A stretch of 32,000 bases of DNA from Candidatus Methylomirabilis limnetica (GTDB lineage Bacteria; Methylomirabilota; Methylomirabilia; Methylomirabilales; Methylomirabilaceae), in assembly GCF_003044035.1 (NCBI RefSeq), contig NZ_NVQC01000023.1, positions 60,001-92,000 on the forward strand. The letters are read 5' to 3'. Shown piece after piece: positions 6,957 to 15,387 of this stretch. The first letter of the stretch is position 1, and the number at the start of each line of letters is the position of its first letter. A model generated the notes under the pieces. That model searched no databases, was not told the DNA's origin, and saw only the letters and a program-made list of their open reading frames with translations. The position numbers were made by a program, and so were the translations under genes.

Positions 6957-7592
6957 ATGCAGATAATTTTTTCTCTCAGGCAAGGGGTGGCTGTGCTGCT
7001 ATGTCTATTTTTGGTCGCCGGTGGCACGTTTGGCTGCGCAGCGATCGAAGAGCAGGTAAAGGCGCATCCCGAGACGGCTCTTGGCGCCGGCATCGGGACT
7101 GCTGCCGGCATGTTGACCGGAGGGCTGATCTTCGGTAGCGCCGCCGGGACTCTGTTGGGGGGTCTTGTGGGGGGCCTCACAGGCGGCGTCATTGGCAACG
7201 TCATAGAGGCGCGAACCCAAGATCGAGCGGCAACATCCCAACAATACCACTATAGCCCGGCGCAGGGAACCATGGTCAAGATCGAAGCTGTCGAGGTTCA
7301 TCCGACTCAGATCCGCCCTGGCGACACGATCAACCTCAACATGAGGTTTGCCGTGCTCGCTCGAAACGCTCAGCAGGCCATCCAAGTCTCAGAGCGCCGA
7401 CAAGTCTTTCTCAATAGTTCCGTGGTTGGCGACTCGACCTTGCAAGTGCAGCGAATGGGTGGAACCTGGACCAGCAGTCAGCCGCTCACCCTCCCCGCGA
7501 ACACGGCAAGCGGGAGCTATCGGGTAGTCATGAGCGTGACGGCTGATAGCACGGAATCAACCCAACAGACCACCTTCACTGTTGTCCCATAA
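6957..7592 (+). CDS. glycine-zipper lipoprotein with C-terminal beta-rich domain, paralogue A
   Basis: 211-aa ORF with a strong RBS (GAAAGGAGGAGACG-ATG). Lipoprotein signal LCLFLVAGGTFGC, glycine zipper GAGIGTAAGMLTGGLIFGSAAGTLLGGLVGGLTGGVIG, then a roughly 120-aa Ser/Thr/Val-rich domain. Differs from 12840..13475 at 16 of 211 residues by my count. Confidence 0.85.
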   Translation: MQIIFSLRQGVAVLLCLFLVAGGTFGCAAIEEQVKAHPETALGAGIGTAAGMLTGGLIFGSAAGTLLGGLVGGLTGGVIGNVIEARTQDRAATSQQYHYSPAQGTMVKIEAVEVHPTQIRPGDTINLNMRFAVLARNAQQAIQVSERRQVFLNSSVVGDSTLQVQRMGGTWTSSQPLTLPANTASGSYRVVMSVTADSTESTQQTTFTVVP

Positions 7593-7628
7593 ATGGCCAT
7601 ACGCGTCTGATGCGTGGGATCGCTCAGA

Positions 7629-7849
7629 TCACCCCATCGGTGAGAGACGCTCCGGCTGAATCTTGTACAGCACGCGCACCTCGTCCACCCTTCGGTGGGG
7701 GTAGCTGTCCAGCCCCAGATACTTTTCCGCCAACAGGTCGATGTGCGCATCGGCCCCGTCCTCGGTGATCTCCACGACGCGACCGCGCACCCCGAGGTAG
7801 CGCACTATGGGTTATCGGGCTCCATGATCTCCAGCGCCACCTGTGGGTT
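7629..7849 (-). pseudogene. remnant of a PPOX-class (pyridoxamine 5'-phosphate oxidase / F420-dependent-like) gene, 5'-truncated and frameshifted
   Basis: The minus strand from 7849 reads NPQVALEIMEPDNP-stop. After a frame change it reads YLGVRGRVVEITEDGADAHIDLLAEKYLGLDSYPHRRVDEVRVLYKIQPERLSPMG-stop (TGA at 7629-7631). This is the typical C-terminal half of PPOX-family proteins. The fragment is cut at the IS630 junction (7850/7851), and no N-terminal half is present on the other side of the IS. Confidence 0.65.
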
Positions 7850-7851
7850 TA

Positions 7852-8943
7852 CTCACAAGTCAGTAATATAGTCTACACATTGCTCTGGATATGCTCTACT
7901 GCGTGGCATGCATCGAGACGGTCGCATACTGGATCACCGGACACTGGAGACGCTGCGCGTCATGGCGGTGGGGCGGGTGCGCGCAGGCGAGGCGCCGAGC
8001 GCGGTGATGGCGTCTTATGGATTTAGCCGAACGACCATTTACAAGTGGTTGCGGCAGGCAAAAGGCCGGGGCAAGGGGCTGCGGGCGCTTTCTGCCCGTA
8101 AGAGCACGGGACGGCCGCGGTCGCTGACTTCTGCCCAGGAACGGCAGGTCTTCCGCTGGGTGAACGGCAAGAATCCGATGCAGTACGGCTTCGACTTCGG
8201 GCTGTGGACGCGCCAGGTCGTGCGGGAGTTGGTGCAGCAGCGGTTCGGCGTGACATTCAGTCTGGCCTCGGTGGGGGTGTTGCTGGCGCGCTTGGGCCTG
8301 ACGGCGCAAAAGCCCTTGCAGCGAGCCTACCAGCGCGACCCGGAGGCCATCGAGCGCTGGAAGCGCGAGACCTATCCCGCCCTGGCGCGCCGCGCCAAGG
8401 CCGAGCGGGCGGACATCTACTTCTGGGACGAGTCCGGATTTCGCGCGGATGCGGTGCACGGCAAGACCTGGGGGGTGCGGGGTCAGACCCCGGTCGTCTG
8501 GCGTCCGGGGCAGCGTCAGTCCATCAGCGCCGCTTCGGCGGTCAATACCAAAGGGGCATTCTGGTTCTGCACCTACCCATGCGGGTTGAACGGCGAGATG
8601 TTTGTGTACTTGCTCCAGAAGCTGATGGCCCGGCGTCGCAAGCCGCTGCACCTGGTGGTGGACGGCCTGCCCGCGCACAAGAAGGCCGTGGTGACACGCT
8701 ATGTCGCCGCCACCCAGGGCAAATTGACGCTGCATTTCCTGCCGGGTTACGCCCCGGACCTCAATCCGGACGAGTTGGTGTGGAGCCATGCCAAGCGCAC
8801 CGGCACTGCGCGCCGCCCCTTGCAAAAGGGCGAGCAGCTCGAAGCGCGCATTCGCGCACAGCTGTTCGACATCGGCAGGAATCGCCCCCTGGTGCGTTCG
8901 TTCTTCCGGCATCCCGATGTAGTCTATGTTACTGGCTTGTGAG
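7852..8943 (+). mobile_element. IS630-family insertion sequence (1092 bp) with 26-bp terminal inverted repeats and TA flanks
   Basis: Left end CTCACAAGTCAGTAATATAGTCTACA (7852-7877). The complement of the right end (8918-8943) is CTCACAAGCCAGTAACATAGACTACA, a 23/26 match. TA lies immediately outside both ends (7850-7851, 8944-8945), which is the IS630/Tc1 target duplication. A single transposase ORF lies inside. Confidence 0.9.
7908..8942 (+). CDS. IS630-family DDE transposase
   Basis: 344-aa ORF. N-terminal HTH region (YGFSRTTIYKWLRQ; FGVTFSLASVGVLLARLGLT) and a DDE-type core (IYFWDESGF ... LHLVVDGLPAHK ... LPGYAPDLNPDELVWSHAK). The stop codon lies inside the right terminal repeat. Confidence 0.92.
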   Translation: MHRDGRILDHRTLETLRVMAVGRVRAGEAPSAVMASYGFSRTTIYKWLRQAKGRGKGLRALSARKSTGRPRSLTSAQERQVFRWVNGKNPMQYGFDFGLWTRQVVRELVQQRFGVTFSLASVGVLLARLGLTAQKPLQRAYQRDPEAIERWKRETYPALARRAKAERADIYFWDESGFRADAVHGKTWGVRGQTPVVWRPGQRQSISAASAVNTKGAFWFCTYPCGLNGEMFVYLLQKLMARRRKPLHLVVDGLPAHKKAVVTRYVAATQGKLTLHFLPGYAPDLNPDELVWSHAKRTGTARRPLQKGEQLEARIRAQLFDIGRNRPLVRSFFRHPDVVYVTGL

Positions 8944-8955
8944 TAAGATACTGGC

Positions 8956-10554
8956 ATGACTCAAAGACGGGCTATCATTATTGGCGCAGGTCCCTCCGGA
9001 TTGACCGCCGCCTACGAATTGCTCACCCGGACCGGGATCAAGCCGATTGTCCTTGAAAAGAGCACCTGCATGGGTGGAATTTCCCGCACGGTGAACTACA
9101 AAGGGAATCGGATCGACATCGGTGGTCATCGCTTTTTTTCGAAATCCAACCGCGTCATGGAGTGGTGGTTGCAGGTGCTCCCACTCCAAGCGTCCGAAGA
9201 TGATCCGGTTGCCATCAAATACCACCGCATGGAGCGGGAGAGTGCGCCCTCCGCGTTCGGCCATGACCCGGACGCCGCGGACAGTGTAATGCTACTGCGG
9301 CCCCGCAAGTCTCGCATCTACTATCTGCGCCGTTTCTTCGATTACCCGATTTCACTCAGCAAGGACACACTGCTCAAGCTTGGCCTGTGGCGCACCTTGA
9401 AGATCGGGGTGAGCTACGTTCGAAGCGCCTTATTTCCGCTCAAACAGGAGGAAACCCTGGAGCAGTTCTTTATTAACCGTTTCGGCCGGGAACTGTACGG
9501 CACGTTTTTCAAGTCCTACACGGAGAAGGTCTGGGGCGTGCCGTGTAACCGGATCAGCGCCGAGTGGGGAGCCCAGCGCATAAAGGGCCTTTCTGTCTGG
9601 TCGACTCTGATGCACGCCTTGCGGAAGGTGTTCAAGGGCGGCGGGGGCGACATTTGCCAGAAGGGCACCGAGACCTCGCTGATCGAACAGTTTCTATACC
9701 CCAAGTTCGGTCCTGGGCAAATGTGGGAAGAGGTCGCTAGCCGCATCATCAAAATGGGCGGAGAGATCTACACCGACTGCCGGGCCGAGCGGCTGATCAC
9801 GGATGGCTGGCAGGTCAAGGCGCTGGAGACCACCAACGCCACCGGGGACCGGAAGACCTTCGAGGGCGACTATTTCTTCTCCACAGCCCCAGTACAGGAG
9901 ATTATGCGGTCGTTCGACGTTGCGCCCCCAAAAAACGTTTTGGAGGTGTCGGATGGGTTGGTGTACAGAGACTTCATCACCGTCGGCCTCCTGCTCCGCT
10001 CGCTGAAGATAAACGACGAAACGTCGCAAGGGAAGCAGTTGATCCGTGACAACTGGATCTATATTCAGGAACCAGACGTGCAACTCGGCAGGCTCACGAT
10101 CTTCAATAATTGGAGCCCGTTCATGGTGGCCGATCCAGCGAACGTCTGGTTGGGCATCGAGTACTTCTGTAACGAGTCAGACGAAATCTGGAACCTCTCC
10201 GACGATCGCATGGTCGCGCTCGCGACGGGGGAACTTAGCAAGATCGGTATCATCGACGCCGATGAGGTGCTTGACTCAGCAGTCCTACGGATGGAAAAGA
10301 CCTATCCCGCGTATTTTGGCACCTACGACCGGTTCGCCGAGATTCGCGAGCATGTGGACCGGTATGGGAACCTGTTTCTAATCGGCCGTAATGGCATGCA
10401 TCGCTACAATAACCAGGACCACTCCATGCTGACAGCCATGATGGCGGTGGACGACATCATCTCTGGCAAGACGGACAAGAGCGACCTCTGGGCGGTCAAT
10501 ACAGAGATGGACTACCACGAGAAAAAGGGGAAGTCCGATGTCCAACACGGCTGA
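8956..10554 (+). CDS. NAD(P)/FAD-dependent oxidoreductase (amine-oxidase / UDP-galactopyranose-mutase-like fold)
   Basis: 532-aa ORF. N-terminal dinucleotide-binding motif [17 protein letters not shown]...VLEKS...GG, and a C-terminal [19 protein letters not shown] typical of this oxidoreductase group found in polysaccharide loci. The ATG is only 12 nt beyond the IS630 right end. Confidence 0.8.
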   Translation: MTQRRAIIIGAGPSGLTAAYELLTRTGIKPIVLEKSTCMGGISRTVNYKGNRIDIGGHRFFSKSNRVMEWWLQVLPLQASEDDPVAIKYHRMERESAPSAFGHDPDAADSVMLLRPRKSRIYYLRRFFDYPISLSKDTLLKLGLWRTLKIGVSYVRSALFPLKQEETLEQFFINRFGRELYGTFFKSYTEKVWGVPCNRISAEWGAQRIKGLSVWSTLMHALRKVFKGGGGDICQKGTETSLIEQFLYPKFGPGQMWEEVASRIIKMGGEIYTDCRAERLITDGWQVKALETTNATGDRKTFEGDYFFSTAPVQEIMRSFDVAPPKNVLEVSDGLVYRDFITVGLLLRSLKINDETSQGKQLIRDNWIYIQEPDVQLGRLTIFNNWSPFMVADPANVWLGIEYFCNESDEIWNLSDDRMVALATGELSKIGIIDADEVLDSAVLRMEKTYPAYFGTYDRFAEIREHVDRYGNLFLIGRNGMHRYNNQDHSMLTAMMAVDDIISGKTDKSDLWAVNTEMDYHEKKGKSDVQHG

Positions 10555-11944
10555 GACTCCATCACTAGTACGGGAATCTACGTTCGTGCCGTTCCGAGGA
10601 TGGCAGCCATGGCTTGTTCTCTTTCTCCTGGTAACATCCCGCCTACTCCTGGTCGTCTTCGCCCACTCCCTCTCCGGTGATGATGGCGATCGGTATCTGA
10701 CGGAAGCGATAAATATGTGGACGCACGGAACCTTCTCAATGGCTTCTGGAGATACTCCATCCCCGACTGCTCATGATTTACCGCTATTTCCATTCATAAT
10801 AGCGGGCTTTATTTCAGTGGTTAAGGTCCCCCTTCTCGCTGCGAAGATAACCTCGCTGTTGAATTGCATCCTCTTTGGAGTCGCTGCCAGGGGTATCTAT
10901 GACTTGGGATGGCGATTGACCGGGAGTTGCAGAACGGCGGCTTTGGCAATGCTAATCTTTGGATGCTTTCCGGAATCATTCCCTTACTCGGTTTTCTACA
11001 TGCCGGAGAGTCTCTTTCTTGCGTTTTTTGTATGGTGCCTTGTCAAGTTCGTTGAGTTCTTGCGCACGGACCATCTTCGCCCTCTGATGTGGGCCTTCCT
11101 GCTGTGGGGCATCAGCATACTGGCCAAGCCGATCTCACTCTTTCTAGGCCCAGTACTGGCGCTGATAGCCATCACTGTTGCTTTCAGTCAGCGCCAGAAT
11201 CGTATCCGCAGAATCTCAGGCATCACGGCCGGTCTAGTTATCGGAGCGTCTGTTGTTGCACCATGGCTTGTCCGCAACTACGTTACCTTCGGAGTGCTCG
11301 GGATAAGCTCGATAACTGGCACCAATCTGTTTTACGGCAACTACTTGTACATGCTCGAAGACATGGGCGTCCTGAACGCTCAAGCGGTTTTGGCAAGCAA
11401 GGAAACCGAAGTTACTGCCACAATTTCTCCGGAGCGCGATAATCCGATGGTTCGCGCGAACTTGCTAGGTGCACTTGCCAAGAGGGAAATCTTGGCCCAT
11501 TTTAGTCATTATGTCGCAACAACGCTCAAGCGGCATCCAGGGCTATATTTAGGCACTGGGTCTACTGGTACTCTGCGTTTGCTTGGTGATGCTGAGGGTG
11601 TATTGGCGATGAAAAAGGTCCTCGCCGACCGCCACGCCTGGCGCAAGGTGCCTCTGCGGGTGCTTCTTTTACTGATTGGATCGGGGCTTATTCTTGTAGT
11701 TGTCTACACCTCTGCTGTTGTTGGGATGATGAGACTGGGTTGGCGTCGAGACTGGATTGCTCTTGGTGTAATTCTATTGGCTCTTTTGTATTTCGCGGTC
11801 CTAATCGGTCCTATGACGTTCGTTCGTTATCGCGTCGCGATGCTACCCGCTCTTTCTGTTGCAGCTGCCATCGGGTTAAGAGGGGGGCGTTGGTGCCCAG
11901 AAGCGGTCATAGCCAGAATCCCTGTAAAAGCTTTAGAAGTGTAG
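10538..11944 (+). CDS. polytopic membrane glycosyltransferase, GT-C fold (ArnT/PMT, GT39/83-like)
   Basis: 468-aa ORF overlapping the oxidoreductase stop by 17 nt. About 10 or more hydrophobic helices. The first loop [20 protein letters not shown] resembles the D(E/D)xRY...A motif of ArnT/PMT-type enzymes. G+C is lower than the window average by eye. Confidence 0.7.
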   Translation: MSNTAETPSLVRESTFVPFRGWQPWLVLFLLVTSRLLLVVFAHSLSGDDGDRYLTEAINMWTHGTFSMASGDTPSPTAHDLPLFPFIIAGFISVVKVPLLAAKITSLLNCILFGVAARGIYDLGWRLTGSCRTAALAMLIFGCFPESFPYSVFYMPESLFLAFFVWCLVKFVEFLRTDHLRPLMWAFLLWGISILAKPISLFLGPVLALIAITVAFSQRQNRIRRISGITAGLVIGASVVAPWLVRNYVTFGVLGISSITGTNLFYGNYLYMLEDMGVLNAQAVLASKETEVTATISPERDNPMVRANLLGALAKREILAHFSHYVATTLKRHPGLYLGTGSTGTLRLLGDAEGVLAMKKVLADRHAWRKVPLRVLLLLIGSGLILVVVYTSAVVGMMRLGWRRDWIALGVILLALLYFAVLIGPMTFVRYRVAMLPALSVAAAIGLRGGRWCPEAVIARIPVKALEV

Positions 11945-12282
11945 CCTCCTAAGAATCACAACCGAAAGAGGGGCATTGAGCGATGCCCTCACAGGAGGCT
12001 ACACTATGGGGAAGAAGGTGCTACCGAGTCTGAAGATGGAACAAGAGCTTTACACGGGCCTGATCACCAGCGGCGATCCCTTCGGGGAAGCGGCCCATCG
12101 GGGTGCGCGGCTGCACCTCTTTGAGCGGCCCACCTTGTAACGCTACGATCACGTCCGCTGGGGAGGCTTTTCTTCCCCGGTGAGGTTTCATAGGATTACC
12201 GGCGAGGCAGAAGTGTTATACCGGAACGGATGGGGGAAACTGAAAAAGACCCCGACAAAATAGAAACAATAGGGACAGACAC

Positions 12283-12384
12283 GAATGGCGCTAGCTTAAG
12301 GATTATTTGCATGAAAACACAGGTGATAATATTGGCTAAATCGGAACAGCTATTGTGCGGCAACAGCTTAAGCTAGCGCCATTC
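12283..12384. repeat. 102-bp element with perfect 18-bp terminal inverted repeats (MITE-like or long hairpin)
   Basis: GAATGGCGCTAGCTTAAG (12283-12300) and its exact reverse complement CTTAAGCTAGCGCCATTC (12367-12384) enclose a 66-nt AT-rich core. The element is flanked by near-identical direct repeats GGGACAGACAC (12272-12282) and GGGACAAACAC (12385-12395). Confidence 0.6.
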
Positions 12385-12663
12385 GGGACAAACACTACTA
12401 TCGTGACGATTCGTGGTGTTTACGGTCATGATCGTTGGCCAGGCGGCTCCCGCAATCCCGCCAAGAATGGCACCCGTGGCGGCACCGATCTCGGCACCAG
12501 TCAGCGTCCCGCTCTCTCGAGGGGTCAGAGGTATAGCACACTCCTCCACTATGAAGTCACAGAGTAGTGGTGAGCCTGTCCCGCTCTCTCGAGGGGTCAG
12601 AGGTGTAGCACACCCTGCAAACACCAGCAAGAAGATCGCACTTACCGCTATGGTGTATTTCAT
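12373..12663 (-). CDS. OsmB-like small glycine-zipper lipoprotein, paralogue B (3'-replaced, 24-codon internal duplication; possibly non-functional)
   Basis: The ATG at 12663 gives MKYTIAVSAIFLLVFAGC (lipobox) ATPLTPRESGTGSPLLCDFIVEECAIPLTPRESGTLTGAEIGAATGAILGGIAGAA. The sequence then becomes unrelated (WPTIMTVNTTNRHDSSVCPEWR) beyond the duplication boundary. The promoter and RBS are identical to copy A. Confidence 0.55.
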   Translation of the reverse strand: MKYTIAVSAIFLLVFAGCATPLTPRESGTGSPLLCDFIVEECAIPLTPRESGTLTGAEIGAATGAILGGIAGAAWPTIMTVNTTNRHDSSVCPEWR

Positions 12664-13557
12664 TGCCCTCACCTTTTGTCCAATATAGAGCACAAACTCA
12701 ACGGTAGCAATAACCATGACAGTGCAACTCAGGCGTAGACACCGAAGTTCGGAGTTGCACCTCGGATTGACGGGGTCATCAACGGTTGCTAAGATGATCC
12801 CATAAAGGGCGAACACGTTCCCGCTGAAAGGAGGAAACGATGCAGACGACTCTGCCTCTCAGGCAAGGGGTAGCTTTGCTGCTGTGCCTGTTCTTGGTCG
12901 CGGGCGGCACGCTGGGTTGTGCGGCCATTGAGGAGCAGGTGAAGGCACATCCCGAGACGGCCATCGGCGTTGGCGTCGGGACTGCTGCCGGCATGTTGAC
13001 CGGCGGGCTGATCTTCGGCAGCGCCGCCGGGACACTGTTGGGGGGTCTCGTGGGAGGCCTCACAGGTGGCGTCATTGGCAACGTCATAGAGGCGCGAACC
13101 CAAGATCGAGCGGCAACGTCGCAACGGTACAACTATAGCCCGGCGCAGGGAACTATTCTCAAGATCGAAGCTGTCGAGGTTCATCCGGCTCAGATCCGCC
13201 CTGGCGACACGATCAACCTTAACATGAGGTTTGCCGTACTCGCTCGAAACGCTCAGCAGACCATCCAAGTCTCAGAGCGCCGACAAGTCTTCCTCAATAG
13301 TTCCGCAGTTGGCGACTCGACCTTGCAAGTGCAGCGAATGGGTGGGACCTGGACCAGCAGTCAGCCGCTCACCCTCCCCGCGAATACGGCAAGCGGGAGC
13401 TATCGGGTAGTCATGAGCGTGACGGCTGATAGCACGGAATCAACCCAACAGACCACCTTCACTGTTGTCCCATAAATGGCCATACGCGTCTGATGCGTGG
13501 GATCGCTCAGATCACCCCATCGGTGAGAGACGCTCCGGCTGAATCTTGTACAGCACG
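12446..13557. repeat. segmental duplication, copy B (1112 bp)
   Basis: See copy A. Both ends of copy B fall inside genes. The small lipoprotein loses homology after ...GGIAGA, and only the stop plus the last 14 codons (VLYKIQPERLSPMG) of the PPOX-type gene are present (13512-13557). Confidence 0.9.
12840..13475 (+). CDS. glycine-zipper lipoprotein with C-terminal beta-rich domain, paralogue B
   Basis: 211-aa ORF with RBS AAAGGAGGAAACG-ATG, lipobox LVAGGTLGC and the same architecture as 6957..7592. Confidence 0.85.
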   Translation: MQTTLPLRQGVALLLCLFLVAGGTLGCAAIEEQVKAHPETAIGVGVGTAAGMLTGGLIFGSAAGTLLGGLVGGLTGGVIGNVIEARTQDRAATSQRYNYSPAQGTILKIEAVEVHPAQIRPGDTINLNMRFAVLARNAQQTIQVSERRQVFLNSSAVGDSTLQVQRMGGTWTSSQPLTLPANTASGSYRVVMSVTADSTESTQQTTFTVVP

Positions 13558-13605
13558 GACAGAGTCTCGGTTCGCACACTCAGTTCTTGTCTCAGTACTG
13601 CGTCT

Positions 13606-15174
13606 ATGACGTCAGAGCCATCAGGCATAACGCACGGAAAGCAGGAACCACGGACGTTCCCTGCCTTTCTCACTCTGTCCACCCTCTTTGGCTTTTTCCT
13701 GGTGGCATTCCTGTCGGTCTCTAGCGGCACCATTGCCTCAAGTGATGGTGTGACCGTCTTCAACGTCACCCAGGCCCTCGTGGAGTGTGGCGAGATCGCG
13801 GTGAAGGGTGACAATGTCGCCGAGGGGGTTGCTGGAAGGCTGTATTCCCGCTATGGGATCGGTCTGTCCCTTGCGGCCATCCCCTTCTATCTGTTGGGAA
13901 AGGCGATGACCCTCTTTTCGCCTGCGCACCTTGATCCACTCGTGCTGAAGGGGGCCGTGTCGATCACGAATGCGGCCATCGGTGCGTTAGCTTGTATCCT
14001 CCTGTTCCTCACGGCCTTACGATTAGGTTATTCCCAGAGCGTTGCCTTTCTGCTGACTGTTGCCTTCGCATTCAGCACCTTCTTTATCGTGTATACGACT
14101 AAGTCGTTTCTTACCCAGCCTCTCGAGACCTTGTCTATGCTCGGATCGATCTACCACCTCGTCAGGAGCCGCGACGATGGCATTCCCTGCCGACCATTTT
14201 ATGCCGGGCTGTTTGCAGGAGTTGGGATCCTGACCAAGTGGTTCTTCGTGATCAATCTGCCGATCCTGACGGCCTACCTCTTGATCACCTCAGTCCGTGG
14301 CCGTCGGGTGCGGGATCTTGTCTTTTTCTCGATTCCTGTCGGGATGGCATTCGCCTTAGGACTGGGCTATAACTACATGCGGTTTGGCTCGGTCTGGCAG
14401 ACCGGATACGCCGGGATTCTGTCCTTTTCTACCCCCCTGCTTGTCGGCCTCTACGGTCTCCTCCTGAGCTCCGGAAAGAGTCTCTTTCTCTATGCGCCGG
14501 TCACGTTGCTGGGTGTCGCATCGCTGAGGCCCTTTGCCAAAGATCGTAAGTACGAGATGTGGTTGTTCCTCGGACTTCTACTGGTCAACTTGCTGGTGGT
14601 CTCTAAGTTCTACGATTGGAGCGGTGAAGGGGCATGGGGTCCACGATACCTCACCTTGGTCTTGCCGTGCCTCATCCTTCCTATCGGATCGCTACTCGAG
14701 GGCGGGTCGAGGACAATAAAGCGTGGTTTCATTGGGCTCATGCTATTGGGAGTGCTTGTACAATTTGGAGGGCTTTCGGTCTACTATGGCACCTACTACC
14801 GCACAATCGGCGAGTTTCCGTATCAACTTGAGCGAGAGAATCCGCTCTTTCTGTACAAGGTCCGGTTTATCCCCAACTACTCACCCGTTTGGGGGCAGTT
14901 CGACATGGCGGTGCGCAATTGGAAGGCGTTTGTTCATGGGGAGAAACCGGTGTTCGCAATTGAGGCAAGGGACGAACGGATTCCTCTGTCAGAGACCGAC
15001 CGTAACAAGCTGAGCGAGACGCTGGATCTCTGGTTCGCGTATGCCTATTATGCCGGTGTACCGCTCGGCCTCTGCCTCACCGGGATGGTCAGCCTGATGG
15101 GGAGTGCGGTCGTCCTCGGCTGGGTTGCAGCTCGGTCGTGCCGAGGGTGCTCCCGGCCGCGTCCTCGAATTTGA
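13606..15174 (+). CDS. polytopic membrane glycosyltransferase-like protein, GT-C fold (GT39/ArnT-like)
   Basis: The track ORF starts at a TTG (13546) inside the repeat, so I prefer the in-frame ATG at 13606 (MTSEPSGITHGKQEP...). About 12 hydrophobic helices, with a periplasmic first loop SSDGVTVFNVTQALVECGEIAV...YSRYGIGLSLAAIPFYLLGK. The overall architecture matches lipid-carrier-dependent glycosyltransferases. The fold assignment is by pattern only. Confidence 0.65.
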   Translation: MTSEPSGITHGKQEPRTFPAFLTLSTLFGFFLVAFLSVSSGTIASSDGVTVFNVTQALVECGEIAVKGDNVAEGVAGRLYSRYGIGLSLAAIPFYLLGKAMTLFSPAHLDPLVLKGAVSITNAAIGALACILLFLTALRLGYSQSVAFLLTVAFAFSTFFIVYTTKSFLTQPLETLSMLGSIYHLVRSRDDGIPCRPFYAGLFAGVGILTKWFFVINLPILTAYLLITSVRGRRVRDLVFFSIPVGMAFALGLGYNYMRFGSVWQTGYAGILSFSTPLLVGLYGLLLSSGKSLFLYAPVTLLGVASLRPFAKDRKYEMWLFLGLLLVNLLVVSKFYDWSGEGAWGPRYLTLVLPCLILPIGSLLEGGSRTIKRGFIGLMLLGVLVQFGGLSVYYGTYYRTIGEFPYQLERENPLFLYKVRFIPNYSPVWGQFDMAVRNWKAFVHGEKPVFAIEARDERIPLSETDRNKLSETLDLWFAYAYYAGVPLGLCLTGMVSLMGSAVVLGWVAARSCRGCSRPRPRI

Positions 15175-15387
15175 AGAGGATCTAAGGATTGGAGCCCCCA
15201 TCCTCGATATCGTAGGGAACGATGAACACAATCTGCCCGTTAGCGTGCTTATGCAGAAATGGAATTACTGGTCCTTCCGGCTTTGGAGTGGGTAGTCCAA
15301 ACCCCTCGCAAGGGCCGGCGGTGAGTCTGTGATCACGTCAATGTCTATTTTCTGAAGATCCTCAGTTCTTGTTTCAGCCCCGCGCCT

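Larger units (their letters stand above)
6633..7674. repeat. segmental duplication, copy A (1042 bp)
   Basis: Hand alignment with 12446..13557. The offset is 5813 at the left end and 5883 at the right end. The 70-nt difference is fully explained by a 72-nt insertion in copy B minus 2 extra G in copy A. Includes 100 percent identical blocks of 152 bp and 172 bp. Confidence 0.9.

Noticed and set aside
7896-8959. 353-aa minus-strand ORF and 251-aa + strand ORF overlapping the IS630 transposase
   Set aside because: These are alternative-frame and antisense ORFs typical of GC-rich DNA, with Arg/Ala/Pro/Gly-rich low-complexity products. Only the 344-aa frame has HTH and DDE motifs.
13512-13814. 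100-aa minus-strand ORF
   Set aside because: Only its last 14 codons are the duplicated PPOX stub. The rest is antisense to the GT-C gene start and has no independent support.
15180-15330. Minus-strand open frame ...GFGLPTPKPEGPVIPFLHKHANGQIVFIVPYDIEDGGSNP-stop in the GT-C/M20 spacer
   Set aside because: It has no start codon or RBS and is bounded upstream by an in-frame stop. It may be a gene remnant, but I cannot assign a family.
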